Below, one piece after another: positions 11,833 through 25,000 of a stretch of 64,000 nucleotides of DNA. Within the stretch, counting starts at the first letter, position 1. Each line of letters begins with the position of its first letter. Origin of the DNA: Felis catus (lineage: Eukaryota); the NCBI RefSeq assembly GCF_018350175.1, contig NC_058368.1, positions 232,316,001 through 232,380,000 on the forward strand, in the 5' to 3' direction. The position numbers and the translations under genes were made by a program. The notes beneath the pieces were generated by a model, which did not search any database, was not told where the DNA came from, and was given only the letters and a program-made list of their open reading frames with translations.

Positions 11833-13643
11833 TACAGGAGGTCGGGGGTATAACTGGAAGGACATCAAGGACTCTTGTCTGCTTCACCCAATGTGCCCTA
11901 CCACCCATGTGAAGGAACGAAATTCTCATTTTGATATTCCTGTTAAGTTGGTGGTTCCCCTGAGCATTTTTAGGGAGCACGTGGAGACTCTTTCTCTGCT
12001 ATGATCTCCTTAGAAATTCCTTTGATTTCCTTCCCATGTGGGAATATGGAACATCTTTAGCGCTTACAACTTCAGGTGGTTGAAAGGGCTTGTGTCCTGG
12101 GATCCACAGTGCCCTCTCTTATTTTCCTCCTACCACGAGGCCCCCTTCTCTAGCACTTGGACAGAGACAGAGCCAGCTGACTTTTACCCATGGGCCTTGC
12201 TTACCCCCAGGATCCAGAACCCTTCAGCACCTTATAGTAATCACGTGCTAGGGCTGGGGAATGAAGCACCAGGCACTAATAACACGCCCCTCACAATGTC
12301 TCAGAGCGGAGATCCCGGAGTATGAGAAGGAACATGAGCTCCTTTTATGAGCAAGAACCTTCCAAACAAGCCTTCAGAACCCAAGAAAGGGGCTCCTCTA
12401 AATGTGATTCCAACCTATCAACTTGTGTGTCACTCCAAGTGTCTCAAGATAATTTAGCTGGTCTTCTGTTCTCACTTAAGATCCAGTAGCCACTCGAGAT
12501 AATAAGAAATTTCATTTCTACGAGGGCAGCAGGGTAGCGCTGAGGATCCTTCTGGAACTTTCTTCTGATACCTTGCCCAGACCAGTCCAGGACAGTTGGC
12601 CTCTGCCGACCATCCTGCATCTTTATTTCAGTTTTTTCAATATTTGCACTCCACCTGGCATAGTTTAGCATTTTGGAAGTATAGGTGCCTTTAATGACTT
12701 AATAAGGAAGGGCATCTGTGTCAGAAGTGGCTACAGGAGCCTGTGTTAGGGGGCCCATAGCTGGTGTGTCAAATTAAGAATATGCGTACTCTGACCTGTG
12801 GAGTGAGGAGGCACAGGCCACCCCCATGGGATCGGCAGGCAGCTCCCTCTGCAGCCGAGCTCCCACTTTGGGGAAGTGGAAACCCCAGGCTCGTTTTGAC
12901 TGAAGGCACAGTTTCAATACACTCACCCAAAAGAAGTCAAGTCCCATGGTTTATTACTGACGCATCCCAGGAGCCTGGGGAAGGGCAGTCCCCCGTCCCA
13001 GGTCAGCAGTGAGCAGGAGACAGAGAGAGGGTAGCGGGCACCTGTTACTCACAAGGTGGTTGGGGCAGACGTCACTGACTTTTTTGCAGGCTCAGCTCAA
13101 GGCAGGAACTTATGGCAGGAGCTCTGGTCCTCTTGTAGGCGTGCACACCCTGGCTGGGTCTGAGCAGGGTTGTCGTGCTGGCAAATGCCCAGAGGGTGAC
13201 TCAGAATGGCTGTTTCCTCGTCTCATGCTCAACAAGTGTAGAGAATGACGAGCAATGAAGTCATTTGAAATTTCATGCATCTACTTCGAAATCTCTTTTC
13301 CACCTACGTATCCATGAGAATTAGAATGCTGCTTAAAGAGTTACACAACATTCAAAGTGTTGATTTGAAGTCATTACAGTTTAAGGTTTTTTGAAGGTTT
13401 GGAATACTCCAAATCTATTTATCAAAAGCCACCAGCTTCATTCTAGTTACGAGGCAGGTCTTCAGGAAGGCAAATAACGTGAGAAAGCAAATAAGTGAGA
13501 AAACACCTTTTAAGACAATGGAACCTTAGCAGGGAGTTCATATTCAGCATAGTCATGCCCTCATTATATTCTTTTTTTTTTCTCTGAAATACTGCCCATG
13601 GAGTATTCTTAAATCTTTTCCTTAATCATTTTCCTTTTTACAG

Positions 13644-13763
13644 GCATTTAACAAAAACAACTTGATCCTAGAGGAAAGAAACAAATACTTCAACCCGCAT
13701 CTCACTGGGAAAACCTATTCTAATGCCTATTTTACAGATCTCAACAATTACGATGAGTACTAA
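13644..13763 (+). CDS. SEMA5A: SEMA5A terminal exon, coding part (39 aa plus stop)
   Basis: Acceptor tttttacag ends at 13643. Encodes AFNKNNLILEERNKYFNPHLTGKTYSNAYFTDLNNYDEY, then TAA at 13761-13763 and an immediate second stop TAG. Confidence 0.97.
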   Translation, partial: AFNKNNLILEERNKYFNPHLTGKTYSNAYFTDLNNYDEY

Positions 13764-16489
13764 TAGTTGTTATATTTTTGGCTTCTTGTAATTCCCCAGT
13801 TCCTCAAGGCCTGTGCTCCATGACTGCCCATGTTTCCAAGACTTCAGAGTTGAAGTTTGGATACATTTCAAGTGCATTTCAAGCCATGAGTTTCCCATTG
13901 CTACCAAAAACAGACATCCTTAAAAGCAACACAGATCTAAATATGATGTCGTGAAAATCTGGTCTCGATGCTTGATCATTGTTGAGTGAGCCATGGTGTG
14001 AGGCTTTGTTTTGTTTTGTTTTACTGTGTTCAGTCCATTTTTTTTCTAACAAGTCACTTGTTTTCTTGAGCTTTTTACTAAATGTACCACCCACATGGGA
14101 AGGAGTCTTTAGAAATAGGAATGTCTTCCTGCTCTGGGGCATAAATCTTTATGATGTTTTAATCCAACAAAAGAGACACTTCAGCTGAGAGTCCCCGTTC
14201 TCCATAAGGCATGTTAGGTCTGTAAGTATTTGATGAAACGAAGAATACGAATGTGGCCATAGAGTTCTGCACCCTGGATCCCCTGTCTTCCCAACCTGAA
14301 TAATTCTCTGGAATCCGTGGAAGCGACTTGCGTGTTTGGACTTGGAACGGTTCTTGCCTGGGGGAAGGGCAGGGATTCACCCCGGCTTGTATCTGCGGAG
14401 GTGATGGTGTGAGGTATGACACACGCTTTCCCCGGTCTTAATGCAGTTACTGTGTTATCCCTGGTGGAGGCGCACTCACAGACCAGAGCCACAGACACAA
14501 GGAAGGGTCCAGCGTTCCGTGCGATGCTACGAGGCTAGCCATAGTCTCCCTCCTGGATTTCACAGCATTCCAGGGAGCTCCCTGCTATGCGGTTGGTCTG
14601 GAAGCCCCGCCCCTGTCCAGTCCATAGTAGCATCCTGAAGAGACGACCCGTAAAACCAGCACTTGCTCAACATTTGGATAGACGCCACACCTTCTGTGTC
14701 CCCGCAAAGAAAAAATCTTAACCATTCATGACACCAATGGGGGAAAGCATTAAAAATACTGGAATGTAATGGGAACCGACTTTTTTATTTTTTATTATTT
14801 TTTTTTTATCTTCCATGTTATGGAAAGGATTGAAAGAACTGACCTTTAACGAAAGGCAACTTTCTAATTTCTATCTCCCGATAGAACTAGTGTATGGCCA
14901 TCATCCCCTTCCCAGAGCATTACTGATGTGTAAAGCTGGCTTCCTTCACCCCCGCGCTGTAAATAGCAAAGTGCCCCCCAAGCTGTCATTTGCCACCTCC
15001 GGGTCAGGTGAGGAGGAGACGTCCAGTTCTGGTGCCTTTGGGTTCTGTCTCAGTGCTGCCTTCCTACCTGCCCCCTCCCACTTCTCCCTGCATGGAGGCA
15101 ACAGCGTTTCAAGATGTACCTTGAGAAAGCAGGGATGTGAGGTTTTTAATGATCCCTGTGGTTCTGAGCATTGATCACTGCTAAGCATTTCAGAGTGTTA
15201 TAATACTATTCATAGAGGTCTCCAGAAAGGAAAAAAAAAAAAAAAGCGAGATAAATTACTCATAAGCAACTGAGAAATAATACATGGCAGTTGGCTGACT
15301 AGTCTTCGAAAGTAAGAACAAGATTGAAACTGTTCATCTGATGCCTAAGTGGTCAGTAAAATGTGTTCTTTTTGCTCAGCGAACCTTCCGGTTTCCGAAG
15401 ATACATAGCACGGGCGTTGAGGAGCACAGACTTATTAGCACACATGTTTTTATCCTACCCCATGTAAAGAAACAATCTCAGAAAGTGTTGGGGGAAAAAA
15501 ATCCCATGTTTACTAATGAATATTGTTGCATTGAAAATACTCCCATGGACCCAGGCTTCCAGAAGCTACTAAATGTACCCAGGCTTCCAGAAGCTACTAA
15601 AATTCAATTTTAAATGGCAGGTGGTCTCAGAGAGGCCTGGTAGATTGCAAGCGAATGGTGTTCTGGGTCTTTCTGGTGGGGAGTTCATGTGGCCCCTCCT
15701 GCATTGTTGTCTGCTGTTTGAGACGACTCTGTCTGGACGCACAGAGCCAAAGTCCATACTCAGGAGGTGAAATTCAGTCCGATGGTTTCCTCTTTGTTCC
15801 AGAGCTAGATTTTCAGCTGGTGTTATCACTTTTCTATAAGAAAAACGCCTTCACCATGAAGCATGTTATAGTTGTTTTTTGAATCCCTCCCCCGAGTGTT
15901 TTCTAAGCTTAAAAGGTCATTTTATTTCCCTAAGGAAAGAGGATACTAATTTCAAGAAAGCATCAGTGGACCTGATTGGAAATGCTTTCTCAATGCTGTC
16001 GAGGCTGGACTTCAGTCAGTGTCATGCTGTGGCCCGTGACAGCATCCACCTTCCACACCGAACTGTCATGTTGGCGATTGCCTACATCCTGGATTTATCT
16101 CTGCAAAGAAAGGCCCTCATTTTTGTTCCCGGACACTCCCCTCAAAGACAGATTATTCTGGCTTCTCTTTCTCTCTGTCTCTCTCCTCTGTCTCTCTCAC
16201 ATTCTCCTTATTTCACAGAGTTTCAGTTGGTTTAGAATAATTTCAAATATAGTCGAAGTATTGTCATCAGCTATGGAGTAACTTGCTTTTCTAGCTTTCG
16301 TGTGTCTGTGCCTCCCCTCACACCTCCTGTGTTGCGTGAGCCCAGGTGGGTGTTTACGGTGGTGTTTACCACTTGCCCTGGGACCTCCTCCCTAAGGAGC
16401 CTCCCTGGGGGCTGAGTGTGGGATTCCCTCTCTGTGGGTCCTGTTGTAAGTTTCTGAATGACCGTTTCCTTCTGTCTTTTTCTTTTCCT

Positions 16490-16575
16490 TCTTTTCCTTT
16501 CTTCTGTTTTTTTCCTTCCTTCCTTCCTTCCTTCCTTCCTTCCTTCCTTCCTTCCTTCCCTCCCTCTTTCCTTCC
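16490..16575. repeat. (TTCC)n microsatellite in the 3' UTR
   Basis: Directly visible tandem TTCC run. Confidence 0.95.
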
Positions 16576-16759
16576 AAGCAGCACAGATAGAGACTAATAT
16601 TTTAAAGCTGCACCCCCTCTGAACCTAATCTCAAGTGACACTAATCCCAGTTTAATCTCTAGGATTATTTCTGGATACGGTTGAAGCTTGGCTGGTTTTC
16701 CTTAGGACACTGGCTTTTAGTCTCACATTCAAATTCTTTGGAAGGGACTCCCAGGGGCA

Positions 16760-17590
16760 GTGCTGCTCAGGGTCCGTTCTCCAGAGGGGACTGGCACCAG
16801 GGGGCTGCATCCTCCCGCAGGAAGGACGCGCAGCAGGGCCCTTCCCCAGGCCGCGGGGGGCGGTGGAGGTGAGGAGCCCCGGGCCTATGTCACCCTGAGT
16901 CACAGGACTGGGACTTCGGAGGAGTCTGGGGCCGGGTGGGTTCTGCCCCACGGAGGCCCCGTGGTCACCGGACTGGGTGCTGCCCCACACTTTTGCCCCC
17001 CTCGCCGGGGACCCGTTTCCGTGGGGGCCCCTGAGCCCCCACCTCCGGGGACGCAGGAGCCTGCTCACCCCCGACGCTGCCTCGCGTGCAGGGCAGGTGC
17101 AGGGGTGGCCGGCGGGGGCAGCGGGGAGTCCCTGCCCCGGGGGGAGCCCGGTCCCCGGGAAGGGGCCGCCCGCGTGCCAGGGGGGACCGGGGTCTGGCCC
17201 CACTGCCTCGAGAGCCGATGCCAAAGAGAAGAGGAGGTGGGAAAGGGCGGGAGTAGGGGGGTGTGGGATGATGAAGAGGCGGCGGCTCCGGGCCGAGTGG
17301 GAGGGACGGTCCCGGGTGGGGAGCCCGGACCCGCCGGCTCTGTGGGTCTGAAGCCAGGACCCTGGGGGGATCCACTGCACAGACAGCAAGGGGTTCCGCC
17401 CCGGGCGCCCTCGTGTCCTGCTCTGTCCGCACAAGGGTGAGTCCGTGGGGGCCCCCGGCCCACGAGGGTGCGCGTTTGCACCCCAGGCTGCGGTGGCACT
17501 GGCGGGGCAGAGCCTTCCAAGCTGTGACAGAGTCCCAACGGGGGGATGCCGCGTCCCCAGGGCCACCTGCCGGGGTACACGCGGGTGAAA
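16760..17590. promoter_or_regulatory. GC/CpG-rich island-like block inside the 3' UTR
   Basis: Abrupt shift to very GC-rich, CpG-dense sequence between AT-richer flanks; long stop-poor ORFs on both strands. Confidence 0.7.
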
Positions 17591-19818
17591 CTGAAGATCA
17601 GAGGAGACTTTATTTGAAGTCTGTAGGAGTCTGCACTCAGCTAGTCATGTTGTCCGAATACCTGTTTGATGCACAAAGTGCAGCTTTGCTAGTGCTTGAA
17701 TTCACATGTATCTTTATGCTTCTCTATGATAATTACTTGCTCTCCGAATAAACCGCGAACATTTCCCCAGCACTGTCACCACCTCCGGCAGGAAGTCTTT
17801 TACACTCCAGTGGGGTTTTCTTGTGTGGCATTTGGGGGCAACTCCAAATTTCGCATTTCTGTCTCAAAAGAGGGCTCTGGGCCACCTCCCCAGGGGCAGC
17901 AGTTACCAGCGGTGGATCCAGTGAACTTCTGCCTCAAAGCAGCCGTGCTCCACAGAACAGGATTGTCCCTAAGCCTCCAGCTCCAATAATCAATGTTCAT
18001 GAAGGTGGGGACTAAAATGGTTACCTTGAATCAACTCATACGCAAACTCTCTGCTGTGCTTTCCAGGATAGGATGGGGCAAAGTGGAATTCTCAGACCGC
18101 GTTGGCTTACCCCATGCATCCATCCCTTCTAATGTCTCCATTATGTCATGATAATTCTTGTTGACCTGGTGATAATACATTGACACAATGTTGCAAGTTT
18201 GATTACTTACGATTATCAGAAACTAGAAAGCCATTCTGAGCCCTTGCTTCTCTCAATGGGAATGAAATGGAAGAACATAAAGTAACAGTCACTTTGGCCT
18301 GAGAAATGCATAAAAAGAAATGCCAGTCATTGCACGGTGTATCCCCGTGTGAGAGAAAAGATTTGGAGGCCAGGAGCCATGGCGGAATTTATTTCGGCTG
18401 CTCTCCCCTATTGAGGTCATTAATAAGAACTGATTTAAAGATGCTCTGTAACTCTACAAATGCCAACTCGAGGTATTCATGTTATCTGTTTTGATAGCCT
18501 GATAAAACACAGGGAAATACGTTGTTGGAATCCTTGCTTTTCTCTTTTGGAAACTGACAAGTAATGAACAAGGTGCATTGTTGAATTATTGGCAGGAATT
18601 TCTGTAATGACTATTCTATACTCCTTTTTTATGGACTATATTAAGGGTGTGTTATACATGTTTTGGGAAGTAGATGAATCAAAGTTTTTTCATATGTCAT
18701 ATGTCACATTATCAAAAATTTGGTCTACATTACGAAAGCATCAGGAATAGGGATTGTTTTCTCTTGAAGATATAGCTTATGCCGCACAGGGACTTAGAAC
18801 ATCATCAAAACCCAAAGCGGAGCCTGACAGCATGTTCATTTCCTAGTGTGAGCTGTCTCATAGTATTTGCAAAAGACCGTATTAGTTCTGCCACAGAAAG
18901 CAATCAAGCTTATTACCCATGACCAGAGTCAGAATCCATTTTTGTTCAAGCAAACAGGTTTTACTGTATTGACATGATGAGGGTAACTAGTCAAGGACAT
19001 TTAAAAACCTGAAAGGAACAAAGGAGAGGTGGAAAACCACACTGTGGCGTTTCTTAAACCACCATGTTGGGCTGGCAAAACCATCCACTCCATCGCTTCA
19101 TATTCAGTAAGAAATCTGAGGCCAGTAGTTTGACCACGACCCTATTATTTTTTAGCTTTGGTTGAAAGGCCAAGTGGCCCAAGGGTTAGGTGAACGGTGG
19201 TTCAAATGGTAGTTCAAAATAGTTCAAATGCTAGACAAATACAGGCTGGGAGCCCAATCTGGATTCTGGAAAATCCAAACAGTCCTTCTGTCATGTCACT
19301 AAGAAGAGAGCGTTGTTAGCCATCCTCCGTAAGTGCAGAGAGTTTCATTTTCTCTATACAAAGTTGCCAGTGCCTTGTTTAAGATGGTGATTTGTCCTCC
19401 CATCTGGATATTGTTGGTTCCAATTCAAAGCAGAGGACTGACTGGCTACACTCTGAAGAAAATCATTCTTACCTGTCTCTTTGAACTCAGGAATAGAAAA
19501 TGACCAAGGAGCACATCCTAGTCGGGTGTCATGTCTGCCCCCACTGGGTAGGGCATGTAGCACCGGAACAGGTGCAGAAGTGTGCTCAGAGTTCAGGTTA
19601 ATCTGGTCTCAGCCTTCCAGAAACTGACATCACCTTAATTTTACATCTTCCGTGAAAACACCTTAGTGTTTGGTCTGTAGTGGGGATGCCGATGTGGTGT
19701 CTATAGAAGTTAGAGTTTTTGTTACTGACCCCTTTCAGGCAAGTCCAAGGTACAGGAAAATCAGGCTCGTGGCAGCTGGCACAGATACCGTGAGTGGAGT
19801 GAGAACCACCTAGAACAT

Positions 19819-19844
19819 TGTGTGTGTGTGTGTGTGTGTTTGTG
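19819..19844. repeat. (TG)n microsatellite
   Basis: Directly visible. Confidence 0.92.
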
Positions 19845-21176
19845 TTTTAAGGCAATTTCAAAACTGCTTCACAAGTTCACAAAGTTGTCACCCTTAATTT
19901 GGGTTAAGAAAGTTAACAGTGTTTTCTCTGCTGAAGGTGTTTTCTCTTATACCATGACTGTTGGCCAAAATCAAACTTTAACTTCTGCACTTTGAAGGAA
20001 AGCACAGTGTGAACCTTCAACCCAGGCACCTACAGTCACCACTGAGACTCTACATCATCTGCAAAGAAAATGCACAAACTTGCTCCCTTGTAGGATTCTT
20101 CAAAAGCGTATAATGAAGCTTGCGTGTTACGCCCCTTGATGTGACTTTTGAAGACGTTATGAAATGTTAAATGCTTCATTCTGTGTGAATTTGCTGTTGC
20201 TGTTTTGTGATACAAAATAAACTTCCTTGGGATTGTTTCACTTTTTTTCACTGAACCTTCTCCAACCAAAGCCAACTTCAGCCCTTGGTAAACTTGCAGA
20301 TAGTTACCTTAAATTTAGTTTTTAAAAGACCATATGTATGAATCATAACGGAGCTTTGTAGATGAGACAGTGTTGCCTTTCCCTTCCCTTGAATGAGAAA
20401 ACGGAGTTTTGATTGCCCAGTTGGAATCCTCATGGATTGCAGATCTGTCTTCACTTTCTTGGGTGCCACCTCCCCCTTTTTTTTAGTCCTTACATTTGGT
20501 TTTTTTAAGGTTTCTTTTGAAACCTTGTCATTAGAAATGTGTAATACAAATTTCCAATAGTATTCACTTTTATGTTTTCTGTTCATCAGTTTGTTGGTCT
20601 TAAATGCTCACTGGAGAGAGCTGTCCGGCGCTGTATCCAAGAATGTTGTTTAATGACACCTGACAGGTACATTGCGTTCAAGAGTCAGTTTGAGACACCG
20701 ATAGTGGCACCCCAGGCCGGGAGCTCATCCGTTGCTGCATTTGGGTCAACTATGGAAAATGTTGAGAAGGGGCAGTCGGGGGGGGGGCAGGTGTTACCCA
20801 CCAGTCAGCAGAAACCAACTCACACCTCCTCCAAGTCCCAACGCTAAGGAAAGCAAACATATTTATAAGAAAATGAGCTGTTATTCCAGAAGGGAGAATG
20901 CCGTGCTCACTCACTGCTCTCGGTGAATTGCCAGTTTCTACGATCCAAGCCAATTCATTTTATTTTTTCAAACAAATTCAGGAAGAATGACCCTGAGTGT
21001 TGCTCAGAGTGCCATCTTTCCTTCCATAGCATCCCCTCCCTCCCATCTCTACCTGCCAACACTTTGGGGGACGAAATAAGAGAATCCCGATTATGTACAG
21101 TATAAATTGTATTATATTTTTTGTACTTATGTTTTATGTAAATAGTTTGTCTCATGCAATTGTATGTGAGCATTGA

Positions 21177-21182
21177 AATAAA
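21177..21182 (+). terminator. Distal polyadenylation signal AATAAA
   Basis: AATAAA preceded by a U-rich stretch with five TGTA motifs (21094, 21108, 21122, 21137, 21161). Confidence 0.8.
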
Positions 21183-21730
21183 TCCTACCATTTAGGAAAT
21201 AGTTTAGTGCAATTCTTCTTCACATAGCCGCAAAGTCTCTGTGCTCCCGGATGTGCTAAGGCGTGACAGCTCCTTGGAGGGTTCCATCAGAGTGAGACTG
21301 GGCAGCCTTCTGCACAAATCCCCTATCAAGCTCCTGTTTGTTCTGCAGATCCTCAGGCGTCTTGAGTGGTGGCCGAGACTGGCCCCACCAGCCTCACGAT
21401 GGTTCTGTGATACAGTCAAGAAGCGTTAGCAATGTTTCTATGGGTAACGGGACATACGTGACAAGGAAAGCCAATCAGGGTTTTAATTTATTAGGAGTTG
21501 GTGTCAGATCCTGTGGAAGGTTAATTTGTTAAGTTATATTCATCTCTCCAGCACACCATATTCCGTTATCTCTTGCATAAAACAAGACTTTTCTAGAATG
21601 AACTGCTGACTGTCAGCATGAGCACAGAAGATGCATGGCCCAGGAAGCCCACTCTGTTGAGTGAAAGCCACATTTCATATTTCAGTATTCATGATCCTGT
21701 TACCTCTTTCTTTCTCAACTTTTCAATACA

Positions 21731-22026
21731 CAGTTGAACAACACAGGGGTCAGGGACACTGACGTCAGCAGTTGAAAATCCGCATATAACTTTTGACCCT
21801 CCTCCCCCGCCACAAAAAACAACTAATAGCTTACTGTTGACCTTACCAATAGCAGAAAGTCGACTAACACATGTATTTTTTATGTTGTATGCATTATATA
21901 CTTTATTCTTATAATAAAGTAAGCTCGAGATAAAGTCTTAAAATCATAAGAGAAAATTTACATTTACAGTCCTTTTCCATATTAATAAAAATAAAAATCA
22001 TGCATACATTGTTCAACAGCCAACTG
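21731..22026 (+). mobile_element. Tigger2-like non-autonomous DNA transposon (TcMar-Tigger MITE)
   Basis: Degenerate terminal inverted repeats cagttg-aacaa ... ttgttcaa-caactg. Internal gttgaaaatccgcatataacttttgac...aactaatagc...aataaagtaagct matches the recalled Tigger2a-type consensus. Confidence 0.75.
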
Positions 22027-25000
22027 TTTGTATGTGTGTATATATATGCATGCACATACATAATATACACACATGTATAGACAAAATATGCATAATTTCA
22101 TATGTATATATAATTTTTAATTGACTAAAATGCTGAAAAAGCCCATTTAATATGGAGGCCAAAATTAACATAATAAAAATATATAGTGAAGCATGTTATA
22201 ATGATTAAGCTGTTCTTAACCACAGATAATGAAATAATTACTGTTTAAGTTTTTTAAATCTGTATTTGCCCTGATCACTCAGGCTGCCCGCACGCTTAAA
22301 AGACCTCACTCCTATTGCAAGGTTGGACGCCTGTCAGTGCTAAAAGAGTCCCAGAAGAAGAACTTCTTAAAGCTTCTCTGGGAGGTCTGTTCTCCCCCCG
22401 TTGAGCTTGTTGACAGTCAAAGTGGTTATCAGCTCTGGCTGCACGTTATCTGGGGAGTTTTTTGTTTTGGGCTTTGTTTTTGTTTTTAAGAAATGTCACC
22501 CAGACTCCATCCCCGGCCAATTCAGTTGGATTCTAAGCATCTCTATTCTATGAAATATTAACATTTTAAAGCATCCCTTAAAGAACCTACATTTGGCGGT
22601 CAGTTTAGAAAGCGAGGGAAATAAACAAGTGCTGTGCCACAATTTCCTTTCTTGTGATTGTTTTCTAGAATCTTCGTGTTTATAGAGATCCATTCTACAC
22701 CATCTCACACGTGCTTATGTGTTCAGCTTTTCTTTTCAGGGTCTACTTCATTCTTAACAAAATAAGATTGAAACACGATTTAAAGTACTGTTTTGGATCC
22801 ATTTGAAATATATAATGGAAATTTCCATTTAAAGTGTCTCCTGGCACCCAGCTTGTCAAGAATAAGCAGAAATGATTGAACTTCCCGACTACATGACTAG
22901 AGCTATTTAATGTAAAAGGAAATTATCTTTTAAACAATACCCATAATAGTATTATTTTCCTGGAATTACACTTGGTTTATCTTTACAGCAGGTATGATTT
23001 TGTTTATAAAATGACTAGCTAACATGGCTCTTCTCTCATTAATCAGCTTGGCATAAGTTTTCTTAGGAAGCATTTGAAGCTCTCACCTCACCCCTGCAAT
23101 CACAGAGCCAGAACCGAAACAAGATGGCATTGGATAAACAATTGTGTGTTTTGGTTGGTTCAGAGTTCATAAGGCCAGCCACCAAAGGCATAACAGAATA
23201 AGTCAAGTCCAAAAGTCACCCTTGTAAAATCATTCCTCACACAATATACAGAATTATAAGTGGTCATCTCTAGTTTGAAAAGCTTCTATTAATGTTTTGA
23301 AAATGAGTCTCACTGTAGAGACACAGAAGGCTTTGCTGAATTACTGTTTTCCAATCGTGATGGATATAGGCTGAATTTGGGATTGTGGAAGAGTCAATTG
23401 TTCATCACGGTAGTGGTTTCAGAGGCCATCTTTCCTCAGAAGAGTTAGGAGTGGTGAGGACAGTAAATGCCCAACCACGGTTCTCTTCCCCTTCAATTTC
23501 CTCCCACGCCTTCACCTCACAATTGCTGTCACTCCCTGTTTCCTGCTAACAGATGCTCCTTACAGGATCTGTGTGCCCTCTGAGATCACGTGTCCCCTGG
23601 TCGACATGCCTCGCCGTTCCCTGAGAGAAGGAAGGTGGCGGCCACATCAAGTCACGAGGAAAATCCTGTCAGGAAGATATCCAGGCAGCGATGCCCAAAC
23701 AGCCCTTCAGAAAGTGGATTCAAGGCAACCCTACAGCTCACAGGACCCCTTCACCCAGCACCTCAAAACACACCATTCTCCTTTGTGACTTCCTCGATAA
23801 TTTTATCCCCCTTTCTCTGTTTCTTTCCTCTCTAGAAGTTCCAAGAATCTAAGTTTTGTGGAAGAGTGGAGTTTTTGAGTGTGAGGTTAACTTTAGGAGA
23901 AAGTGGTGAAGTCCCCTCATTTGACAGAGAGGAAAGGATGCCCTGAGGATCCCAGCAGGTGCAGCAGAGACACAGGTTCAAACCTGGCTTGGCAGCTCCC
24001 CACCAAGAGTGCTTTCAACCCCAGCCTCAATCTCTTCAGACTTCCCTTCACCTGGAAAAAACTAAGCGAATTTCTTACTCCTGCTGAGAATCTCAGTCAT
24101 CACCTTTAATAACTACGAGCTCTTTAAGAGAATGTTTCATGGTGTACATTTATCCAACTCCCTCTGCTCAAGCAGTGTCCTGATTCTGCATGTAGGGGGC
24201 CTTCCCATTCTTATTCTAGAATCTAGACATAATCTAAAGATAAACAAGACAGAACAAGACATTAGCAAGTTTGCACACAATTGGAAATCACACGATACTC
24301 CACCATTGGGCTCAAAGAGGGGGATGAAATGACGGATGGTGTACATGTCAAGATCTGTTCCCTCAAGTGCCTTGTGTCTTCTGTGGAGACAGAAGTATAA
24401 GGAGGTAAATGCACGAGGTCAGGGAGGACACAGCACATACTCCCTTTCAAAGAGGTCATCATCACCTTGTGTTGAAGATTTGTTGGCCCCAAATCTGCTT
24501 AGAAAATGGAGGAGGGGGAGACACGCATATAGGCTTTGCTTCCTATCTTCCTTCTCCTCACCCAGCTTCCTAGATCTTCAACCTGCCCCCAAGGAAATAA
24601 CAATCTGTTTCTGGTTCGTCCCTTTCCTGAGACCAGAATACATTATGAGGTCCAGGCTTGGTGGGCCTTTCTCAGAAGAAACAGAAGGTGTCCTCCCACA
24701 AATCTTGGCAGTTATAATTCAACAACATAATTAATTGACACATGTTCCATCCCTTCTGAGTTTGGATAAACGAGACCTGGTGTTTTAAGCCAGTGAGTCC
24801 CATAAATAGGGAAAATGCTCATTCTGCTTGAAGACAGCCAAGCAGCCTCTTTTTAGCAATGGTTAGCCTGCTGATGGGGAACCATCCCACCATAAGTGAA
24901 CATTACTGTGCTGAGTAACTAATAAGATTTGTGTAAAAGTGATACAATTTGGGCTTATCATTCTCCTCTTTTTGTAAGGCGTGTTGTTGCCCATACCTGC

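Larger units (their letters stand above)
13764..21200 (+). other. SEMA5A: Predicted long SEMA5A 3' UTR (~7.4 kb)
   Basis: Runs from the stop codon to a strong poly(A) module at 21090-21200 and shows no recognisable Can-SINE. Human SEMA5A is recalled to have a multi-kb 3' UTR. The end point is inferred. Confidence 0.75.

Noticed and set aside
16652..17580. Long overlapping ORFs (304, 226 and 171 aa) in the UTR GC block
   Set aside because: Pro/Gly/Ala/Arg-rich, open in several frames on both strands, with no recognisable domain; expected where high GC depletes stop codons.
15032..19993. miRNA 7-mer seed matches in the UTR (GTGCCTT, GCACTTT)
   Set aside because: A few 7-mers are expected by chance in 7 kb, and I cannot assess conservation from this sequence alone.
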